Of a DNA stretch of 64,000 nucleotides, positions 39,263 to 49,700 are shown one piece after another (position 1 is the first letter of the stretch; every line of letters starts with the position of its first letter). The position numbers were made by a program, and so were the translations under genes. Source of the DNA: Octopus sinensis (taxonomy: Eukaryota); contig NC_042997.1 of NCBI RefSeq assembly GCF_006345805.1, forward strand, positions 23,188,001 through 23,252,000, written 5' to 3'. The notes beneath the pieces are model-generated. The model did not search any database, was not told the DNA's origin, and saw nothing but the letters and a program-made list of their open reading frames with translations.

Positions 39263-42200
39263 CATATCTTATGTGGAGGCGCAATGGCCAAGTGGTTAGG
39301 GCAGCGGACTTGCGGTCACAGGATTGCTGTTTTGATTCCCAGATCAGGCGTAGTGAGTGTTTATTGAGCAAAAAACACCTAAAGCTCCATGAGGTTCCGG
39401 CAGGGGATGGTGGCGACCCTGCTGTACTTTTTACCACAACTTTCACTCACTCTTACATCCTGTTTCTGTTGTGCCTGTATTTCAAAGGGCCAGCCTTGTC
39501 ACACTCTGTGTCAAGCTGAATATCCCCGAGAACTACGTTAAGGGTACACGTGTTTGTGGAGTGCTCAGCCACTTGCACGTTAATTTCACGAGCAGGCTGT
39601 TCTGTTGATCGGATCAACTGGAAACCTTGTCATCATAAGCAACGGAGTGCCATTTATTTATATCTTATATAAAATAGACCTGTGTGTATGCGTATTCGCT
39701 TTTCATGCAAAAACAGCTGCATGAACTGCTTCCATACTCGAGATGCATGAATAATTTGACCTCGGATACATAATAGGGTCTTCAGTTTAAACATTGCTTT
39801 ATATATATGATCCACTTCTTTAAAAAGGTTTCTCAATGCCATCTTCTGCTATTGATGTAGCAACAGCGAAATTTTCCGCTTTCATTTGCAAAATCTCTCA
39901 TTCTCTATTTTAATGTTTTCATTTCAAGTTTTAATTCACTATTTGCAAACAACTACGATAAATTACTGAAAGAAATATTTACTAAGTTCATAAATATAAA
40001 TATTTGGTACAAGATATTCTTTAATGAGCTTTTATTTATATGATTTCTTCATTTCATGTTTATTTCATTCATTGTTTGCAATGTTCTCCCTCCCCCTCTC
40101 TCTTTCTCTCTCACACACACATACTGTCTCTCTAATATAAACACAACATACACACACACACACACACACTCCAGGCTTGATTTCATTATTACACAAATAC
40201 CATATTAGAATTTTGCAATTCAACATGGGGCGTCCAAAAACTTTTTATTTATTTACTTTCTGCATGCCATGTTCAGCTCTATGTATTTGTAGTCAGTCAC
40301 ACATGTACACGTGTGTTTTGTATGTATGCTTGTATACACAATAGATTTTGTGTTCTTTGTGATCATTTGAATTTTCTGGCCAAGCCACAGAAACATTATG
40401 AATTCTTTACTCTTGAACAATGTCCATATCTTCCATACTTACAACTGTATCCATCCTAATATTTCCCCTCATGAATGTGAAACTCACCTGTTACATGATA
40501 TTCTTATCACCTAGCCTTTATAATGATCCTGCCAACAGCTTTGCAAAATGTGCCCTTAAGTTCCTTTAATGTGACTTGCATGGTACATGTTAAGATTAAA
40601 ATAGGTGCTTCTCTTTTCTACAAAACATCTAACTGCATGATTTACAGAATATTATAATTTATTTTTTAACATTTCAACATTACCTTTCCACTGTTGTTAT
40701 TAGTTGGACAGCTTTTCAAATACATATTCATATGAATTGAGGAATATCTTGAAATTAACTTACCTGCAGATTTGGAAGCAGCTTTATCACAGCCATTAAT
40801 TCTTTTGCGGGTAAAAACTTAAAAGGTCCATAATCATTCTACAACAGAGACAAAACACATATTAAATAGGATATAAGAGACTAAAACAAATAAAACTAGC
40901 TGGTATGTAAACAGTAATATGTTACCAACCATTTCCTTAATGTATACCTTAGCTCCTTCACACTTGCTAACTTTTCTTTAAATCTTATTTTACCCAACTA
41001 AAAATGCCATCCCACTAAACAATATAATTCGTTGCTTCTTTCCAGAAATTATATTTGTCATCCACTAAACATTCTTTGCGACTAAAATGAATAAAGAATG
41101 AATGAGACTAAGAATATACTGAAATCACTGTGACATAATTATTAGTGGATCATCATTTGAATAGTTCAATTTAATCTTTTGCTAATATTCAGGAAATAAT
41201 CTATATGCATAGTGAAGTAGTTTATGTCTTCATAACATAAATGAAAGTCTGTATACCCACAACAACATCAACAAAATGTTGTAGAAACTCATAACAACAT
41301 CAATCAAATAATCTACATATGTATAACAACATAAATGAAATAGTTTACATACCCATGACAATAACTGTCTTTCTTTTGGATTTTCATAAGGTTTCACTAC
41401 AATATAATGTTTCCGTAATCGCCAACCTTTAAAGAGATAGAGAAAACACAGAAAGACTTCAAAGTTTTGCAAATCATCAAAATTATATATATATAAAAGG
41501 GAATGGGGAGGAAAGCTTGCTACTGAATATGAAATAAAAACTGGCAATAAATAAAAGGTACAGTTCTTAACTCGAAAGATAATTACTCTAAGATTGAAAT
41601 ATGCCACCACTAACTACCAATATTTCTTGTCTGATTTCAAAGAGAGGCATGCATCATTACCATCATCTTCATTTAATGTTCCCTTTTCCATGCTGGCATG
41701 AGTTGGACAGCTTGACAGAAATAGACATGCCAGAGGGCTACAGCAGATTCTATGTCTGCTCTTGTATGGTTTCTACAGCTGGATACCCTTCTTAATGGCA
41801 ACCACTTAACAGAGTGTACTTGGTGCTCTTTATGTAGTATCAGTACCAATGAGGTAGCCAAGTACCCACAAAATAAGATCCCTCAACCGAGTGGGATACA
41901 GAATGGAGGGATAAGAAACTATGACATAGGGACAAGGAGCAGGTGCCTTGCAGAAGAAGTGAATACATGTCTTGCCCACTAGGAGAGAGAGAGAGAGATG
42001 TGAGATCTGGGTGCAATGTGAACACAAGACAGAACAGGATAGAAGAGCAGAAAAGGTGGATGTGTAGGTAAGTGCACTGAGTGAAGATAGTGTGACAAAT
42101 GATTAGAGAGAGGAAATGATTTGGATACAGAGGAAATTGAAGGAAACAGGGTGACACAAATGATTGATGGAAAAATGAGTGTTAGAAGATGAGCATTGGA

Positions 42201-45200
42201 GGAAGGTTTAACAGAATCTCAATTCTTCTGAGGAAGGATCTTCTCAAGCACAGCATATCACCATTCATCTTGGTCCCCCATCACCGACTCTGAGATGCTC
42301 AACATCTACCTTGGTCTTCCTCTTCTTTATATTCCTTCTGTGTTTAGCAATCAGCAACTCTTTATACAGCTGTCCTCATCCATCTGCATCACATGACCAT
42401 ACTAGTGCAGTATTCTCTCCTGCACACCACATATGATCCCTCTTATGCCCAATTTTTCTCTCAGCGTATTTGTACTTAGTTGTACATGAACATCCATTAG
42501 AACATAAGAGTTTCATTTCTTTCTAGTCTTTGTATGTCCTCTGCATTCACAGCCCAAGTTTAACAAACATGTAACATTGCTGTTTGTACATAAGCATCTT
42601 ACAGTCTGCCTTTCATTCTAAGAGAAAGGCCTTTTGTTACCAACAGAGGTAAAAGTTCTCTGAATTTTCTCCAGCCAATTCTTATTCTACGAGGGGCGTT
42701 CAATAAGTAATGCCCCTGACCCACTTGCAGTTGTTTGATCTAGCTGAAATTTTGCATGTGCACTTATTTATACCTCTATAGATTAAGTGGCGAATTACAG
42801 CTCTGAACTAATTGCGGTTTCCGATTTACAGGTGTTTGAACTGAGTCAAGTGTGAAATGGAGCCTGTTGAGTGTCGAGCAGTGATCTGGTTTTTGTATTT
42901 GAAAGGACGCACACCACGGGAGACTTTTGATGAAATGAAAGTAACTTATGGTGATGATGCCCCATCATATGACCTTGTAAAACGCTGGCATTGTGAATTC
43001 AAACATAGTCGGAACTCTGTGGAAACAGCTCCCAGATCTGGTCGCCCTCTTCTGCCATTGATGAGACGTCTGTCCGTCAAGTTGAGGCTGCCATTTTGGA
43101 AGGTCAACGCATAACTATTCGCCAAATAGCCCATAAGGTCAAGATTAGTACCGGGTCTGTAGAAATGCCAGATGGATTTCCAGGTTGCTCACACCCTTCC
43201 AGAAGCAAGAACGCGTTGAGTGCTCGAGGATGAATTTGGAGATGCGCCAAGAAGATGAGTCAAAATTTTTCAAAAGACTGATCACACAGGATAAAACCTG
43301 GGTCCATCACTATGATCCATAGACCAAAGCCCAGTCAATGCAGTGAAAGCACCGTGACTCACCTCCTCCAAAGAAGGCAAGGGTGCAGTCCTCCGCTGAC
43401 AAGGTTATGCTCACAGTCTTCTGGGACCAGGACGGAGTAGTGATGACAGATTTCCTGGCAAAGGGTACCACAATTACAGGAGCCTATTATGCTTCACTTT
43501 TGAGGAAATTAAGAGAAGCTATCAAAATCAAGAGGCGGGGCAAGATCAGCAAAAGCATCCTCCTCCTGCAGGACAACGCTCCGGTCCACAACTCGCGTGT
43601 CGCCAGATCAGAAGCACAGGCGTGCAGCTATGAACTCCTCCCCTTGTGCCCTCTGATTTTCACCTCTTCCCAGCCATGAAGTTGATTTTGAAAGGAAAGC
43701 GTTTCCCAGATGATGCAGCCTTGATTTCTGAAGTCACGTCATGGTTGGAGGACCAAGCTGGGGTCTTCTACAAAAATGGTCTCCAGAGCTGTATCAAATG
43801 ATGGGAGAAATGCATAACTCTGGGTAGTTCCTATGTAGGAAAAGACTAATAACTGTGCCAAGTGTCGTTGCTCTACTGCTATGGGAAGTGGGTCAGGGGC
43901 ATTACTTATTGAACGCCCCTCGTAGCAACTATACTTTTGAAGTATCCTCCCACTACTAATTAGGTCACCTAGATAACAGAAACTATCTATGACTTTTAGA
44001 AAAGGAAGTACAGGAAGCTGGGTTTTGTTTTGGTTTAGTTTAATATTTTTTATAGGAAAAAGAAATAGAATTTAGCATTGTTGCTGTATAATGAATGTTA
44101 AATATGTAGTCAATGGTAACAGAAGTAGTTTTTGTTAATAACTTTGATGTCTTTTCCATTTGTGTGGATATTATTATTAAGTAAGGGGTATTACATCCAT
44201 CACAGAATAAATCAAATTTAGTAGAAATTAAGCATAATATCTCTTAAATGGAACTAAAATATACATCAATTACATTAAATATGTATTGTGTAGGCTTGAA
44301 TATATAAATAACAACCAGAAACTAAAGAGAAGTGATAAATTATATATCAATGATTAAGTGGATATAGAATCCAAACAAGCAATAAACAAAATTCAATAGG
44401 AAATATTTTTCTCCTGTTAGTATTTTTGATAATACCTGTACTATAGGAATTTGTAATTTACAGCCAGAACATTGTGAAGATTTAACAAAACAGTCAAAAT
44501 ATATCATAGAAAAAGTAACTTCCTAAATAATTTCAGAGGAAGTAGTAAAAAAAAAAAGAAAAAAAACCCACCTGAAATAAATAAATAAATAAATAAATAT
44601 ACGAGACTAAAATCATTTATAGTACAGTAATATTAACTTTTGTATGTTGTGAAATTAAGCATTATTAGTTGTACTTCATATGTTCTTTGTTTCAGTCAAA
44701 TTAGCTCAAAACAGGTTATTACTATTTTAATGAAACAGCCTTCAGAAAGCTATCCAATTAATTTATGTTATTGATCATTACAGACAGGAATGGTGGTGTA
44801 CACAAGCTAAAAAAGATTTCCTATTATCTTCTGAAATAAAAAAAGGGAGGGAAAAAAAAAACTCACCAAGATTGTGCAGAGGTTCCACTACTTCCCATTT
44901 TGGTTCAGATCGGAAAATCATAGAAACATGTTGTAAGGCAGTCTCTAAAAATAAACATATGTATATAAATATATATATGTACAGTTGTAAGTTTGTTGTA
45001 TACAGTGCTCATGTGCACTGCAAATTGTCAAAAGAGAGTAAACAAGGGAAAAGAAACTAGGAATAAATCAAGTAAAAAAGACAGCAATATCAGCCAAAAG
45101 TGAATCGAGAGTGCTATAAGCAATTTTTGGAAAACATGGATAAAGTGTCCTGGCAGTTAACAGATGCCAGGAGTTTATTCTATGTTTGGACAATTCTGAG

Positions 45201-46724
45201 TATGAAATAAATCTCTCTGAAAGTCAAGGGTGCTGCACTGCTTTTTGATTTTTATAAGCATATCCATAGGTGATAGAGATATTGAATCAAGAAGGTGGCC
45301 ATAGCTTTGCTGGAAAACAGAGTATAATGTGGAAGCTTTAGTGTAGTGATCCTCAGAGAAAGCAAGATACCAAAGACAGAGGGTATTTGTTGAGGTACAT
45401 GTCTTCAGACAGCTTCTAGTAAATCAATATTCTGAATAAGGTGCAGGTTCTAGATTGTAGATATAAACTGTGTGGGCATACAATAACATAAATAATTAGC
45501 CAATGAGTCCGTAACAAAGATCTTACAGAGTGATGCTAAGACACTTTTGGCCTTTTTGATGATTTTTGACACACGTTATGGAGAGAGTGGGTAAACTGCA
45601 GTGTTTTCCTGCCAAAATGTATAATGGTGCACTTATATACAACCCAGCTTGAGTTGCCAGATGAGATACATCTGCTCCAGGAGAGTGAAATGGATTGTTC
45701 TATTACAACATCAGTTTCTACTTTGTTCCATGCACCATCGTTAAAGCTGTTCTGTCTCATTTGTTAATTTGCAGACAGGTAAATGAAACATATATACTTA
45801 AGCTTTTACGGATGAAATTTTGTGTCTCTCCACAGGAATGATTGATATCTTGCCCATAAGCTAGTGAGGGAACCTTTGCATCATTGTATATCCTGCTAAA
45901 AATAACAGTCAAGTTACATTCCAATTACACTGTACCATCATAAAAAGAGAGAGAGGCACTGAATAACACAGGTCTAAATGTACAATGCTTAAGAGAAAGA
46001 TGAAGTAGTCATGCTGGAATGCTTTTGATTACAGGTCTACTCAGTCAAGGCTGATGTGGGTTTAAACAACAGTATTGTACCTATTTGGCCATTATGAATC
46101 CTCAGTTGATCTACATAAGACAAACAAACAGCAAAAACATTATACTTCCAACATGCACCAATTTTATGTTGCAACTAGGTGCTTACCTCGTAGATTATCA
46201 GAGTAACTTTTTGCATTGAGGAAACGTTTGACAATCAAGCTGGAAGCCAGCAAAGGATATTCCAGTATTGAATTCAAATATTGCTGAAAATATAGAAAAA
46301 ATAAATGTACCAAATTAGTTTAAAATAAATAAGAAATTACTTAATTCTGCAAACAAAAATGTTTTACATATAACTAACAATCAAGTATATAACAAGAAAA
46401 GAAGCAGACATCAATGTCATTGAAATAAGGGAATACTTTTCATATATTATACAACCATAGAAGGTTCACATACAGTATTCCAAGTTTCATAGTAAACCAT
46501 GGGTATGAATTGCTTGACTGATGATCAGTAAACAATGCGTGTGACACTGTTTGTCAGCTGTTGAATAGAGACTTTACACAATTGCTGGTGAACACTGACT
46601 GTCAATAGAACACAACTTCATATCCATGACTTGCCAGGAAATTTGGAGTACTGTATGTGAATTTTCCATTGTGTAAATGTGTGTATATATACATGAATCA
46701 TCAGTGAATGTTAAATGATGATAA

Positions 46725-46758
<34 letters not shown>

Positions 46759-49700
46759 TAGCAGTATCGCCCGGCGTTGCTCAGATTTGTAAGGGAAATA
46801 ACTATAAAGCATTTTTAGAGAGTTATAGCCAAAAAATGGAAAAAAAATGATGGTAAATTTTTTTTTTAGTTAAAAAGGTCGAGTTGCGTCCCCTAGACAG
46901 TCTGTGGTTTGTGTTTCTGATTCTCGACCCCATGTCGAATTTATCGATTTTTTTCAGAACTGGGGGAACTTTTCAAAATTTTCGCTGCGTTAGTTTTGAA
47001 TTATGACATTGGGCTATGTGTGTGTCAAGTTTTATCAGAATCGGTTGAAAGCCGTGGTCAGGGTGAGGGTACAACCTAACAGACACACAGAAACACACAC
47101 AGACAAACTGCCGTTTATATATAGAGAGAAGATATATATATATATATATATAGTGCCACTCATGTCAGCATGGAAGGCAGATATTAAATGACGATGATGA
47201 TGATATATATATATATATATACACACACACTTTTTTTAAGGCATGTGGCTTAGTGGTTAGAGTATTTGGCTCATGATCGTAAGGTTGCAAGTTCAATTCC
47301 TGGCGGCACGTTGTATCCTTGAGCAAGACATTTTATTCCACGTTGCTCCAGTTCAGTCAGCTAGCAAAAATGAGTAGTATCTGTATTTCAAAAGGCCAGC
47401 CTTTTCACATTCTGTGTCATCTGAGTCTCCCTGAGAATTATGTTAAGGGCACATGTGTCTGTGGAGTTTAGCCACTTGCACATTAATTTCACAATGAGGC
47501 TGTTCCACTGATTGGATCAACTGGAACCCTCATCATCATGAGCAATGGAATGCAGTTACTATTTGTTTTTTTTATGCCAAAGCTTTTCTGAAAATGCAAA
47601 TTTGTGTATAAAATAATATCACACAAAAATCTGTGATATCTTTATCAATCAGAATATTTCCAAAAATTAAATATAATTACCATAATTATTCCTAAAAGTT
47701 TAAATTTATACCATCAATTTCTGATGCTGTTAACGAATTATGATCAGCTAATATTAAAAACATTTAGGGTAAACACTTATGTGCTGACAGTGCTGCTGTA
47801 GTCTTTTCTATCCTGCTCATTTATTATCTTTCTCATCATATCTCATGTTGTAAATTCAAATATTCTTCAGCATTTAACCAATTGTGTTAAAATTTCCATT
47901 TCTTTATCAATATCTTCTCAGTCCTATAAAAATTACACAGGTGATGATGAAATCCCTACATAGTATCTTGACCTGCTAGAAACAGAAGCTCAATCTCTCT
48001 CACATCACATTTAACATCCTGTAAAAGGATTGTATTTAAAGTCCCTATAAAAAAAATGGTGCTGACTGAAATGTCTTTGGTAATAGGTTTGCTCAGTCAG
48101 AATTAAACTGGGGTTAGTTAGCATAAAACAGAAAGAAGTATAGAGGGACAATTGCTCTTCAGCAACAAAACAGTTGCAAACCTATCTCCCCCCCCCTCTC
48201 TCTCTCTCCATGTAGCATGTCTGTTTTACAGATATTGACAATTATGGATTTCTGTACCAAAATCTGAAGATTCATGATTTTTCTTGGAAAAGCTACAGTA
48301 ATTGGCTTCTGTTGGTTAATTTAAGTTTACTCATGGTATATCAGAGAATGTACACATATTGGTGGCCTGTGTTACACATCTAAGGCCAGCCCTTCTCCAA
48401 TCCTTGTATGCCTTAACCACAAGACTGTTTTCTGCTATTTGTCCCATAACTGGGGACCTTAAAAACTACTACTGCCTCGGACTTGAGAGACCTGGGAGTA
48501 GTGGTGACTAATAACTCCCTATTACTCCAAACACTTGAACTCCTAAGTCAGAGCCTCCTCACCAGTGCAGTTTAATGCTTTGCCCAGAACAAAAACTATT
48601 AGACCGTCACATTATGTCACTACCTATTTGGTTTTTACCATTTATTTTGGGAGCAGCATCAACAACCCTTTATTTTTCAGTTTATTTGACATTTGTGGGA
48701 GGAAGAGAGAAAATTGTCTTTAACCAAGAGACCTTGTCTGAATGCTTATAACTGAGTAAACCCAAGCACCCAAAGACCTGGTAGTAGTGATAGATTAAGT
48801 CTACCTGTCAAACTAAAAAAAACTCAGAACTCAAAAAGCTAGAACAAACAGTAAGGCATAACCTTTGATGCTCTGACAATTATACTGATCTGCTATTCTT
48901 AAGTGACTTAGTAAAATATATGTGAACATGTTTTCTTTTTCAAAATTTAACTTTTTTCTGAGATCATGCAACTGAAAAATAAATGTAGAAATATGTATCC
49001 AATAATATGATGCTTTTTCCCCCTTTATATGTAGGTTATAGCCAAGTCACCCATATAGTTAAGCAGGTGATACACAAAAGAGTCATACATAATGACTGGC
49101 GTAGCAACACTGTAGTCAATTGCTACAAAGGTAAAGGTGACGCCTTAGAAATAATTACAGAGGTATCAAACTGTTGGATCAGGTGATGAAAGTTATGGAG
49201 AGGGTCATAGAGGGAGAGAGTTAGTTTAGATGAGATGCAGTTTGGGTTTGTGCCAGGAAGAAACACCATTGATGCTATATTTCTGGTAAGACAGCTGCAG
49301 GAGAAATACCTAGCCAAAGATAAACATCTGTACTTGGCTTTTGTTGACAAGGAGAAAGCCTTTAACAGGGTCCCCCAATCCCTAATCTGGTGGTTAATGC
49401 AGAAACTAGGGATAGATGAGTGGTTGGTGAGAGCTATACGAGCCATGTATAGGGATGCTGTCAGTAAGGTGAGGGTTGCCAACGAATATAGCAAAGAATT
49501 CGGGGTAGAAGTAGGGGTTCACCAAGGATCTGTCTTCAGCCCCCTCCTATTCATCATAGTCCTCCAAGCAATAACAGAGGAATTCAAGACAGACTGCCCC
49601 TGGGAGCTCCTTTATGTTGATGACCTTGCTCTAATAGCTAAGTTACTACCAAAACTAGAGAAGAAGTTTCAGGTGTGGAAGCAAGGTCTAAAATCGAAGG

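Noticed and set aside
39275-39350. tRNA-like sequence (also the heads at 47238, 51730-51806 and 52980-53050)
   Set aside because: A/B boxes are present but there is no complete cloverleaf; each continues into a multi-copy SINE body.
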